This document shows, in pieces, positions 55,249 to 63,600 of a stretch of 64,000 bases of DNA. Numbering within the stretch: the stretch's first letter is position 1; each line of letters starts with the position of its first letter. Both the position numbers and the translations under genes were made by a program. The stretch lies in the NCBI GenBank assembly GCA_964419495.1, contig CAYQQX010000004.1, positions 5,165 to 69,164 of the forward strand, read 5' to 3'. Below the pieces are notes generated by a model. It saw nothing but the letters and a program-made list of their open reading frames with translations, was not told where the DNA came from and did not search any database. The DNA comes from an uncultured Anaerolineales bacterium. GTDB taxonomy: Bacteria > Chloroflexota > Anaerolineae > Anaerolineales > UBA11858.

Positions 55249-55842
55249 CTATGCCTGGATTCCTTTGAAGAAAATTTCCAGGGCATCCTCGAGCATTTCT
55301 TCCGGGCTGCCTGCGGGACGTGTGGTAAAGACAACCGGAGTCATAATGGCTAATAACGATTTCATTGCCACCGCGGCATTGATAGGCCGGATGCTGCCCT
55401 GGGCGATGCCCTCTTCAAGTAATTCGACCAGCATATCTTGGTAGGCGTATCGTTTAACCTGGTATCGCTGCTGACTCTCAGCGCTGAGGCTTTGTGCTGC
55501 CATAAAGAGCTTTAGGATGAAAGCCTTATCGCGCAGCAAAATTTCCAGGTGCATAAACATTACTTTTCTTAAACGCGTGAGTACATTTCCACCTTCTGCG
55601 ATGATCTGTTCGGCGCCTAGGTTGAGTTCATTGAGAGGCTCATCGAGTAAATAGAGAATAATTTCATCCTTGGTGGGAAAATAATCGTACAGGGAAGATT
55701 TACCCATGGAAGCAGCTTTTGCTATCTGGCTGACAGAGGTTTCAGTGAAACCATTCTCGAATATTAAGTCCGCGGCGATGTGTGCGATCTCTCGGCGCCG
55801 TTCTTCTCTTTCTTCTTTTGTGAGGGGAATACCTTTAGGCAT
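55249..55842 (-). CDS. TetR/AcrR family transcriptional regulator
   Basis: Start taken at M24 of the track ORF. HTH FTETSVSQIAKAASMGKSSLYDYFPTKDEI. Lies 59 nt upstream of the giant gene on the same strand. Confidence 0.85.
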   Translation of the reverse strand: MPKGIPLTKEEREERRREIAHIAADLIFENGFTETSVSQIAKAASMGKSSLYDYFPTKDEIILYLLDEPLNELNLGAEQIIAEGGNVLTRLRKVMFMHLEILLRDKAFILKLFMAAQSLSAESQQRYQVKRYAYQDMLVELLEEGIAQGSIRPINAAVAMKSLLAIMTPVVFTTRPAGSPEEMLEDALEIFFKGIQA

Positions 55843-56052
55843 AATTATGTCCTTTGAAACCGACCGTTGGTCGCTACTAGTGTATGCGATGTTGATTTTT
55901 GGCATACCCATATTATTTAGGGGTTGTATAAATTTATTTGACGATATTTGTCATGGTTTTATAGAGTATGTATATCGCATTCGACAGTTGTGAGCGTGAT
56001 AGAATGATGGTATCCATAGTTTCTCTTTGGTCGAATAAAATAGGAAATTACC

Positions 56053-57684
56053 ATGGCAACAAACGAAACCCTCAATTTGGGTGAAAAACTTTCTGACCTC
56101 GTTTTTTCCGTTCCAGTACGTATTAAAATCACCGGGATCATGATATTGCCGATAGCGATTTTAGGCTTGGCGCTTAATTATTGGATCCAGACAGGGCTTT
56201 CTGACTGGCTGTCATACTTATTGACGGATGAACGCGTTCAAATGGCCATGCAGGCTGGCAGCCGAAGTGTGAGTCTGGTAACCATGTTGTCGGCAGGTGC
56301 ATCAATTCTTTTGACCTCTCTCTTGATGTTGTCACTCACCAAACCTTTGCTGGAATTACGACAGGTTGCCCAGCGGGTAGCAGATGGCGATTTCGCTTCG
56401 CGAGCCAGGATATGGGTTCAAGATGAGATAGGGGAGGTAGCCCGAACGATCAATCTCATGCTGGATCGACTGGTTAGCAGTCAGGAAAAGCTAGAACGCA
56501 GCAACCGGCGCTTAGAGGCAATCAACCAGGTTGCTCTCGCGGCTGGTAAAGAGCTGGAACTTCAGGATGTTCTAGATGCATCTCTTAACTCGACGCTGAA
56601 TGTTTTTGGACTTGAAAGTGGCTGGATCTATATGCGCGATCCAACAGACCCGGGCGGGAGAAGTTTTCATCTGGCCAGCGCGGTCGCCTTACATGCTGAG
56701 TTGTATGCAGATATCACGGATGATTCGAAAGAAGTGTGTACATGCAAGCGTGGTCTGACGGGCAATGAAGTTGGCGCAGATGCACAAATTAACGTTTGTG
56801 CGAGATTGAAATTGTTAGTTGATGACTCGCACCAGGAAATTTTCCACATCACGATCCCCCTAGAGGCGCGTGCAGAACGATTTGGGATGATCAACCTGGT
56901 TTGTTTAGAAGATTCAAAACCATCGGAAAATGACATCGATACGCTGACCACCATTGGCGCACAAGTATCTGAATTAGTTGCCAATGCCTGGCTGCACGCA
57001 AGCTTGAAAGAAAAGGAAGCTGCGCGGCAAGGATTGCTGACGGCACTGGTAAACGCGCAGGAGAACGAGCAGGCTCGATTAGCTAGAGAACTGCATGATG
57101 ATGCGGGTCAGAGTCTAACCAGTTTGTTAATCCGCTTGAAAACCCTGGAGAATCGCGCCACTAGTGACGACATTCGGAGTAGCGTAGCTGAGTTGTGTAC
57201 AACAACTTCCGAAACAATTGAAAAAGTTCGCGGGGTCTCTCACCGTCTTCGACCAGCAGCATTAGAACAATTGGGCCTCGAAGTGGCTCTGCGCACTTTG
57301 GCCGAAGAAATGCTTGACGATATTGGTGCAAGTGTGGACTGCCAATTTCATCTGGATGGCAAGCGTTTTCCATTCGAGATCGAAACCAATTTGTATCGCA
57401 TTACCCAAGAAGCCCTGACGAACGTTGTCAGGCATGCTGGGGCTAAGAACGTTATCATAGAACTAGCAGTACAGCCCTTTGCGATTGGATTGCGCATTGA
57501 AGATGACGGTGTTGGGTTTGAAACCGACAAAATAACTACGAAAGAAACCCGACATCGCTTGGGCTTGATCAGTATGTTGGAGAGGGCGGAGATGTTGGGA
57601 GGATCAGTAGTATTCGATTCGGCTCCTGGTAAGGGAACCGCGCTAAATATTCATATCCCATATGATGTTGAGGATGAGTCTTAA
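56053..57684 (+). CDS. Sensor histidine kinase: 2 TM, HAMP, GAF, HisKA_3, HATPase_c (NarX/LiaS-type)
   Basis: 543 aa. HAMP VADGDFASRARIWVQDEIGEVARTINLMLDRL, H-box ARELHDDAGQSLT, and an ATPase part with EALTNVVRHAGA and DDGVGF. Confidence 0.9.
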   Translation: MATNETLNLGEKLSDLVFSVPVRIKITGIMILPIAILGLALNYWIQTGLSDWLSYLLTDERVQMAMQAGSRSVSLVTMLSAGASILLTSLLMLSLTKPLLELRQVAQRVADGDFASRARIWVQDEIGEVARTINLMLDRLVSSQEKLERSNRRLEAINQVALAAGKELELQDVLDASLNSTLNVFGLESGWIYMRDPTDPGGRSFHLASAVALHAELYADITDDSKEVCTCKRGLTGNEVGADAQINVCARLKLLVDDSHQEIFHITIPLEARAERFGMINLVCLEDSKPSENDIDTLTTIGAQVSELVANAWLHASLKEKEAARQGLLTALVNAQENEQARLARELHDDAGQSLTSLLIRLKTLENRATSDDIRSSVAELCTTTSETIEKVRGVSHRLRPAALEQLGLEVALRTLAEEMLDDIGASVDCQFHLDGKRFPFEIETNLYRITQEALTNVVRHAGAKNVIIELAVQPFAIGLRIEDDGVGFETDKITTKETRHRLGLISMLERAEMLGGSVVFDSAPGKGTALNIHIPYDVEDES

Positions 57685-58346
57685 TGACAGAAACACTTAT
57701 GCGCGTAATTTTGGTGGATGACCATCAGGTTTTACGAGAGGGTTTGCGTGCTCTCTTGGATGAAGAAGACGATATCCAGGTTGTTGCAGAAGCCGGCTCC
57801 GCAGATGAGGCCATAAAACAGGTTGTAGCCCATGATCCTGATATCGTGGTCATGGATCTGGGATTGCCCGACCGAAGCGGGTTAGATGCCATTAGACAAA
57901 TCCGGGCGGAGGAATATCCGGTGCGTATCATTGTGCTCTCCATGCACAGCGGACGTGAATTGGTCATGCAAGCTCTACAAGCTGGCAGCGATGGGTATGT
58001 GCCCAAATCATCGGCCCATACTGATCTACTGCAGGCTATTCGTGCCGTTCACCAGGGCAAACGCTTTTTGCACCCCGATGCGGCGACTGCAGTGGTTGAT
58101 GAGTTGCTTGAAAGGCAAGCCGAAGCCCAAATGCTGGAAAGCCTCTCTGAGCGAGAAACGGAAGTCTTGCGGCTGACCGCCATGGGATACACCAGCAGAG
58201 AAGTTGGGGACAAGTTGTCCTTGAGTCCAAAAACCGTTGACACGTACCGTCAACGGGCAATGGAGAAGTTGGATCTCAAACACCGTTCCGAAGTGATCCA
58301 ATTTGCATTGAAGGCTGGATTACTGGATGACATCGATCAAATCTAA
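57684..58346 (+). CDS. NarL/FixJ-family response regulator (receiver + LuxR HTH)
   Basis: 220 aa. Contains ILVDDHQVLREG and DIVVMDLGLPDRSG, with a C-terminal LSERETEVLRLTAMGYTSREVGDKLSLSPKTVDTYR. The start overlaps the kinase stop (TAATG). Confidence 0.9.
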   Translation: MTETLMRVILVDDHQVLREGLRALLDEEDDIQVVAEAGSADEAIKQVVAHDPDIVVMDLGLPDRSGLDAIRQIRAEEYPVRIIVLSMHSGRELVMQALQAGSDGYVPKSSAHTDLLQAIRAVHQGKRFLHPDAATAVVDELLERQAEAQMLESLSERETEVLRLTAMGYTSREVGDKLSLSPKTVDTYRQRAMEKLDLKHRSEVIQFALKAGLLDDIDQI

Positions 58347-58386
58347 CTTTGTCAGAAATTCCCTTACAAAAACAAGGTGTATTCCT

Positions 58387-58434
58387 GATAGATATAGAAC
58401 GATCAATTTGCTACGATAGAGATACACGCTGATC
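58387..58434 (+). promoter_or_regulatory. Direct repeat in the rdhA upstream region (candidate response-regulator site)
   Basis: GATAGATATAGAACGATC (58387-58404) and GATAGAGATACACGCTGATC (58415-58434), with repeat starts 28 nt apart, 17 nt upstream of the rdhA ATG. The functional link is inference. Confidence 0.3.
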
Positions 58435-58450
58435 TGTTTAGGAGACTTTA

Positions 58451-59842
58451 ATGGTAGATAGACGCAAAAATCCAATTAGCCGCAGAGATTTCTTGCGCAT
58501 TGCGGGATTATCCGCTTCAACGATTGCAACTGGAAATCTTTCCTCGGTGCCAAGTTTAGACTATTGGGCTCCAGATAATGTAGAAGGCGGGAATGCGCGC
58601 CCCTGGTGGGTGCGCACTGTCGATGAGCCAACAACTGAAGTAAACTGGGACAATGTAAAACGCTTCGATGCTCGTCGCACTGTGAGAGGGCAAGGCTTGG
58701 CCGAGTATATTGGACAGGATGAGGCGGATCGACTGAGCCAAATCAGAAGCCAAGTCCGAAAAAATCGTTTGGAAAATAATGTTCCCGGGTACACATTGAA
58801 GGATGAAGCGCTTAGTGCAGCACAGTCTACACACACTATTGGCAGCCGATCTTTCCTTGGACCTCAAAAAACCAAAACACCAGCTGAACGAGGTGTTTCA
58901 AATTGGGTTGGGACAGCCGATGAAGCTGCTCAAATTTTGCGATCAGCGATGCGCCATTTTGGTGCTGCTACTGTAGGGTTTGTCGAGCTCAATAAGAATA
59001 CTCGCAAACTAACTTATTCCTACGATCCGGATGAAAAAGAAATCGTTTTCGAAAACGTTGACGAAGCCTATGAAACTGACCAAAAGCGAGTGATTCCGGA
59101 CAAGGCAAAGTGGATGATCGTATTTACTGTTCAAATGTCATCAGAAAGCTTGAAGCGAGCCCCGACAGTGGTCGCTGAGCAAACGACAAGGTTATCCTAT
59201 GCCCGAGCTTTAGATATTCAAAACAAAACCCAAGAGTTCTTGCGTGGGTTGGGGTATCAGTGTTTGGGACAGGCCAGCAGCAATGCATTAGGCATCTCGC
59301 CCGCATTTGCCGTCTTGGCCGGATTAGGGGAGCTGGGACGGCACAACCGCTTGATTACGCCAGAATTTGGCCCCATGGTGCGCGTGTTCAAAATGATCAC
59401 TGACCTGCGAGTTCAACCGGATAAACCCATTGATGCCGGGATATTGAAATTTTGCCAGCACTGTAAAAAGTGCGCTGAAGCCTGTCCGGCCAGTGCTCTG
59501 AGTCTCGATGATGAACCGTCTTGGGAAATTCAGGGAGACTGGAATAACCCTGGCCATAAAGCCTATTTCGAAGACTCGATAAAGTGCCGAACATATCAAT
59601 GGGAAAGTGCGGGAACCAATTGCGGCATTTGTTTTGCCGTATGCCCCTTTGCAAAGAAAAACAAGGTTTGGATCCATCAGTGGGCAAAAGCGGGTATTTC
59701 CACATTCCCAGTGATAGATGGCTTACTCCGCAGTATGGATGATGCTTTCAGTTATGGGGCGCAAAAAGACCCGGAAGCATGGTGGGGTTTGGATCTGCCT
59801 GAATATGGCATCGATACAGAACAAACCACGAACGATGAATAA
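58451..59842 (+). CDS. rdhA: Reductive dehalogenase catalytic subunit homolog, Tat-exported
   Basis: 463 aa. Twin-arginine signal SRRDFLRIAGLSAS, RPWWVRTVD, LGELGRHNRLITPEFGP, and Fe-S motifs CQHCKKCAEACP and CGICFAVCPF. Confidence 0.9.
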   Translation: MVDRRKNPISRRDFLRIAGLSASTIATGNLSSVPSLDYWAPDNVEGGNARPWWVRTVDEPTTEVNWDNVKRFDARRTVRGQGLAEYIGQDEADRLSQIRSQVRKNRLENNVPGYTLKDEALSAAQSTHTIGSRSFLGPQKTKTPAERGVSNWVGTADEAAQILRSAMRHFGAATVGFVELNKNTRKLTYSYDPDEKEIVFENVDEAYETDQKRVIPDKAKWMIVFTVQMSSESLKRAPTVVAEQTTRLSYARALDIQNKTQEFLRGLGYQCLGQASSNALGISPAFAVLAGLGELGRHNRLITPEFGPMVRVFKMITDLRVQPDKPIDAGILKFCQHCKKCAEACPASALSLDDEPSWEIQGDWNNPGHKAYFEDSIKCRTYQWESAGTNCGICFAVCPFAKKNKVWIHQWAKAGISTFPVIDGLLRSMDDAFSYGAQKDPEAWWGLDLPEYGIDTEQTTNDE

Positions 59843-60071
59843 CCGCGAAAACGACGATTGTAAAGATTTTATCTTGATCGAGCGCAGACCTTGGTATGAG
59901 TGGGTATTGTGGGGATTTTGGGTGTTTCTGGAAATCATATTTTTCCAGGCCGCAGTTGCCAGCAGCAAAGAGCTTGAACCTCGGGCAGCGATAGTATTCT
60001 GGTTGCTTTTTGGCGTATTTTTGCTGGGGGGAATTACAGTTTGGATCATTCGCCGTGAGCGACTGATCTGA
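59835..60071 (+). CDS. rdhB: RdhB-like small membrane anchor
   Basis: ATG at 59835 overlaps the rdhA stop by 8 nt. 78 aa with two TM helices. RPWYEW...SSKELEPRAA resembles the RdhB pattern as I recall it. Confidence 0.65.
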   Translation: MNNRENDDCKDFILIERRPWYEWVLWGFWVFLEIIFFQAAVASSKELEPRAAIVFWLLFGVFLLGGITVWIIRRERLI

Positions 60072-60160
60072 AACATAAACTTCTGACGACAACAAAAAAC
60101 GCTAAACATGACACATCTCGGAATTAATTGAATTAGTCAATGGAAGGTTGAACAAATCTG

Positions 60161-60221
60161 CCCCCCTAACCCCCCAACCCTTCGATATCACTCAGGGCAA
60201 GCCTTGGGAGGTTAGGGGGGG
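60161..60221. repeat. GC-rich palindromic repeat (same family as 13290-13372)
   Basis: Arms cccccctaaccccccaa (60161-60177) and ttgggaggttagggggg (60204-60220). The core cccttcgatatcactcagggcaag matches the reverse complement of 13331-13360. Confidence 0.75.
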
Positions 60222-60263
60222 CTTACTCCCGAATACTCTTTTCATCTGCGTAACTCCAAATTT

Positions 60264-60386
60264 CAGTAGATCACGATTTTGTGTCATTGCGAGGCGTTTC
60301 ATGCCGAAGCAATCCCCCTCTAAAGGGTGGAGATTGCTTCACTCCGTTCGCAATGACATCCATAATTGGGAATCTGTGATCTACTG
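60264..60386. repeat. 123-bp nested inverted-repeat (MITE-like) element
   Basis: Outer 11-bp inverted repeat cagtagatcac (60264-60274) / gtgatctactg (60376-60386). Inner arms gtcattgcgaggcgtttcatgccgaagcaatc / gattgcttcactccgttcgcaatgac. Confidence 0.7.
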
Positions 60387-60558
60387 AATTTATTTAATAT
60401 GGAGTGCCTAATATTTTGTTTGTCAGGTAAACCCCTACAAATCAGGGGGCTTTTCCCGCTACACCGAAATGCCCCCCTTTGCTAAGATGATAGTGCAATA
60501 ATTCACTCATCATCGCTCCCGTCGCAAGTGCAGACGTGTACGTGCAGAGGACATCTTT

Positions 60559-62325
60559 ATGAAGCGCTTTTTTGGAAAAATCCGCCGATTTTTCTATCCA
60601 GCACCGGAAGCCTCTCGCTGGGTAAAACTCCTTCCCTATGCAGTCCTAATTGCCCTATTTGTTATCGTCCTGATTGCAGGTGCCTACGCCTGGGACTATA
60701 CCAACTCCACAGAATTTTGCGGTTCAGCCTGTCACGGCATCCACCCTGGGGAAATCCTTGCCTATCAGACCTCGCCCCACGCAGAAGTCAAGTGTGTCGA
60801 ATGCCACATCGGGCGCGCCTTCATTGGTAACCAGGTCTCTCGAAAAATTGGGGAATTCCGGCATTTCACTGCGGCTGCGTTCAAGAGTTATGAATACCCC
60901 TTACATGTCAAAAGCCTAAGACCTGCCAGAGAGGTTTGTGAGCTTTGTCATAACCCAGATAAGTTTTCCGACGACAGCCAACGGGTAATCCATCACTATG
61001 GTTCGGATGCGGATAATACGCTGGAGAGGACGTATCTGGTCATGAAAACCGGTGGAGGCACCGTACGCCAGGGCCTGGGGGATGGTATCCATTGGCATAT
61101 CAAAAATAAGGTGCTTTATTACCCAACGGACGAAACCGAGCAAGAAATACCCTTTATCAAAGTTTTTGATGAAGAGTACAGCGCCGTGTATGAATACGTC
61201 GATGTCAGTTCAGATTTTAATCCTTTTTCAATTGATGAATCGGATCTCAAGGAAATGGACTGCATCACCTGTCATAACCGTATCTCTCATTTCTTCCCCA
61301 ATCCCGAAGAAGCGGTCGATAGCGCCCTTTCGCGAAATCTAATTTCTAGCGAAATACCTGAAATTCGACGTAAAGCTGTCGAGGTTTTAAACGCCTCCTA
61401 TGAGTCGAAAGAAAAAGCCCTCAGGGATATCGATGTGTTGCGAAATTACTATCGGGACAATTATGCTGATTACCAGCAGGACCACATCGATGAGATCGAT
61501 CAGGCAATCAAGGCTATTAAAGATATTTACAAGCAAAGCGTATTCCCTGACCAATTAGTGGATTGGAATACGCATCCCAATAATCTGGGACACATGAATG
61601 ACCCTGGGTGCTTCCGCTGCCATGATGGCAAGCATTTGGATATTGCAGGATACGCCGTTCGCCTGGAGTGTAATTTATGCCATGCCATCCCGGCGATCAC
61701 AGGGCCTGAAGATCTAGAAACCCAGATACTCATCAGCCATGAGCCGCAGCCTAAAAGCCATCACAATCCCAACTGGATTGCCCTGCATCGCTTCGTCTAT
61801 GACGAGGTGGATGAAAATGAATACTGCAGCGAGTGTCACGATGTGAGCAATTTTGGGGAAGCCGATAACTCATCTTTTTGCTCAAATTCCGCCTGCCACC
61901 ACCAAACCTGGGAGAACGTTCAACTAGATTTCCTTGATAATGGTGATGTATTCGAAAAGATTGTGCGTCAGTTATCCCATTATCCGACGACATTAGATCC
62001 AATCGCGGCCTGGGTGGAAGAACCTGACCTTGATGAGATCCACAGGGAACAGGAAGAAATGCTCTGTGAGGATTGTCATACCGAATGGCCACCCATGGGA
62101 CCACCATCCAACGAGATTTGCATCGAATGTCATGGGGAGAGCCTGACTGGGTTTGAAGAACTAACCGCCATGTACGAACCCAACCCGCATGACTCGCATT
62201 ATGGAGAAGATTACCCTTGTGCTGAGTGTCATCCCAATTTCAGCCCCATGGAACCGGTTGAATCTTGCGCCTTTTGTCATGTGATGGAAGATATCAAATT
62301 AATCGAAGAAACATCTTCTCAATAG
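60559..62325 (+). CDS. Membrane-anchored multihaem cytochrome c with NapC/NirT/NrfH-like N-terminus (up to 12 haems)
   Basis: 588 aa with an N-terminal TM helix. Ten CxxCH motifs (CVECH, CELCH, CITCH, CFRCH, CNLCH, CSECH, CEDCH, CIECH, CAECH, CAFCH), plus CGSACH (Cx3CH) and CSNSACH (Cx4CH). Confidence 0.85.
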   Translation: MKRFFGKIRRFFYPAPEASRWVKLLPYAVLIALFVIVLIAGAYAWDYTNSTEFCGSACHGIHPGEILAYQTSPHAEVKCVECHIGRAFIGNQVSRKIGEFRHFTAAAFKSYEYPLHVKSLRPAREVCELCHNPDKFSDDSQRVIHHYGSDADNTLERTYLVMKTGGGTVRQGLGDGIHWHIKNKVLYYPTDETEQEIPFIKVFDEEYSAVYEYVDVSSDFNPFSIDESDLKEMDCITCHNRISHFFPNPEEAVDSALSRNLISSEIPEIRRKAVEVLNASYESKEKALRDIDVLRNYYRDNYADYQQDHIDEIDQAIKAIKDIYKQSVFPDQLVDWNTHPNNLGHMNDPGCFRCHDGKHLDIAGYAVRLECNLCHAIPAITGPEDLETQILISHEPQPKSHHNPNWIALHRFVYDEVDENEYCSECHDVSNFGEADNSSFCSNSACHHQTWENVQLDFLDNGDVFEKIVRQLSHYPTTLDPIAAWVEEPDLDEIHREQEEMLCEDCHTEWPPMGPPSNEICIECHGESLTGFEELTAMYEPNPHDSHYGEDYPCAECHPNFSPMEPVESCAFCHVMEDIKLIEETSSQ

Positions 62326-62335
62326 GAGAAAAAAT

Positions 62336-62518
62336 ATGTTTGGACTGGGTCCTACCGAATTAATCATCATTCTCGTAATTGTCATTGTTCTGTTTGGTGT
62401 GGGTCGCGTGAGCAAAATTGGTGGAGAGCTAGGGTCTGCAATCCGAGAATTTCGAAAAGGCGTCTCACGCGACGATGAGACAGATGCCGAAGAATCAACC
62501 CAAGAGGCAGCAGGTTAG
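62336..62518 (+). CDS. tatA: Twin-arginine translocase subunit TatA
   Basis: 60 aa. MFGLGPTELIIILVIVIVLFGVGRVSKIGGELGSAIREFRKG. Confidence 0.9.
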   Translation: MFGLGPTELIIILVIVIVLFGVGRVSKIGGELGSAIREFRKGVSRDDETDAEESTQEAAG

Positions 62519-62561
62519 ATGACAGTCACTTAGCAAGTGACTGTCATCTCGAGGTTTTTTT
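62518..62561 (+). terminator. 13-bp perfect hairpin plus T7 tract between tatA and tatC (partial terminator/processing or translational element)
   Basis: gatgacagtcact (62518-62530), loop tagca, agtgactgtcatc (62536-62548), then tcgagg and ttttttt (62555-62561) directly before the tatC ATG. GAGG at 62551-62554 would be the tatC RBS. Confidence 0.45.
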
Positions 62562-63332
62562 ATGACCACCGAAGAACAAGCAAATTTAGCCGAAGGTATC
62601 AGTCAAAAGCGTCAGGCTTTTTGGGGGCACATGGAGGAGCTTCGCCGACGATTGTTAAAGGCGGTGATAGTGCTGATCCTCGCTTCAGGGGTTAGTTTAG
62701 TTTTTGTAAAACGTGGATTAGAGTTCTTGCTGCTTCCTATGGGAGAAAACCGACCCGTCGCCCTTCACCCAACTGAGTCGATCGTTGTTTATTTCCGCAT
62801 CGCACTGATGCTGGGCTTGGTGATTGCCATGCCGGTGATGGTTTACCAGGTATTGGCATTCTTTGTGCCCGCGCTGACCCGCAGCGAGCGCAGGGTGCTG
62901 CTGACCTCTGTGGTTGGCATTGGCATCTTCTTTGCGCTGGGCGTGGCGTTTGCAGGTGGGGTGATGCTGCCCTTGGCGATCAATTATTTGCAGGGCTTCA
63001 TGGATGATCTGGTTCAGCCGACATATTCGATTGATGGCTACGTCTCATTCGTTACGACAGTGATGATCAGCAGTGGTGTGATATTCGAAACTCCCTTGTT
63101 ATTGGCCTTAGTCGCTCGCATGGGCCTGGTCACATCAAAGCAATTAGCTAAGGGTAGGCGCTTTGCTCTGGTCGCCATCGCCATCATCGCGGCAGTAATT
63201 ACGCCAACGCCAGATATGTTCAATATGCTGCTCGTGATGGCGCCCCTTTTGGTGCTTTATGAACTTGGCATTGTGCTGGCCTGGTTTGCTGGACGAGCGC
63301 GCGAGAGAGCATTAGCCGAGGTCGGAGTTTGA
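62562..63332 (+). CDS. tatC: Twin-arginine translocase subunit TatC
   Basis: 256 aa, six TM helices, with a typical TatC N-terminus (FWGHMEELRRRLLKAV). Confidence 0.9.
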   Translation: MTTEEQANLAEGISQKRQAFWGHMEELRRRLLKAVIVLILASGVSLVFVKRGLEFLLLPMGENRPVALHPTESIVVYFRIALMLGLVIAMPVMVYQVLAFFVPALTRSERRVLLTSVVGIGIFFALGVAFAGGVMLPLAINYLQGFMDDLVQPTYSIDGYVSFVTTVMISSGVIFETPLLLALVARMGLVTSKQLAKGRRFALVAIAIIAAVITPTPDMFNMLLVMAPLLVLYELGIVLAWFAGRARERALAEVGV

Positions 63333-63341
63333 GGTATTGAT

Positions 63342-63554
63342 ATGAAATTCTTTAGCTTAGGTGCTAGTGAATTAATACTGATTTTGATTTTTGCCATTTT
63401 GGCAGTTGGGCCTAAAGAAACCATTCGCTTAGCCAGTCAGGCTCGCGACGCAATTGGGACCGTCCAAAAAGCTTTCAACGAATTATCGGGTGAAGTATCG
63501 CGCATGGCCTCAGATGTTGTCAGCGATATTAACGAGACTGAGAAGAAAAATTGA
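63342..63554 (+). CDS. tatB: TatA/TatB-family subunit (TatB-like)
   Basis: 70 aa. MKFFSLGASELILILIFAILAVGPKE, then an amphipathic helix. GP after the TM is as in TatB. Confidence 0.7.
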   Translation: MKFFSLGASELILILIFAILAVGPKETIRLASQARDAIGTVQKAFNELSGEVSRMASDVVSDINETEKKN

Positions 63555-63600
63555 AGTTAGTGATCGTTTGCGATCACCTTTAGAGAATGGAGGCAAAGAT

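Noticed and set aside
50917-55444. Numerous 60-165-aa ORFs on both strands inside the giant gene and TetR gene (e.g. 52545..52967, 53102..53596, 55178..55444)
   Set aside because: These are shadows of a GC-rich long ORF. None has motifs or independent start signals, and the minus-strand frame carries continuous domain homology.
60148-60830. Track ORFs 60148..60387(+), 60528..60830(+) and 60674..60919(+)
   Set aside because: The first is a read-through of palindromic repeats (Pro/Gly-rich, then VIARRFMPKQSP...HSVRNDI, typical of repeat translations). The others are off-frame overlaps of the multihaem cytochrome gene, which has the haem motifs.
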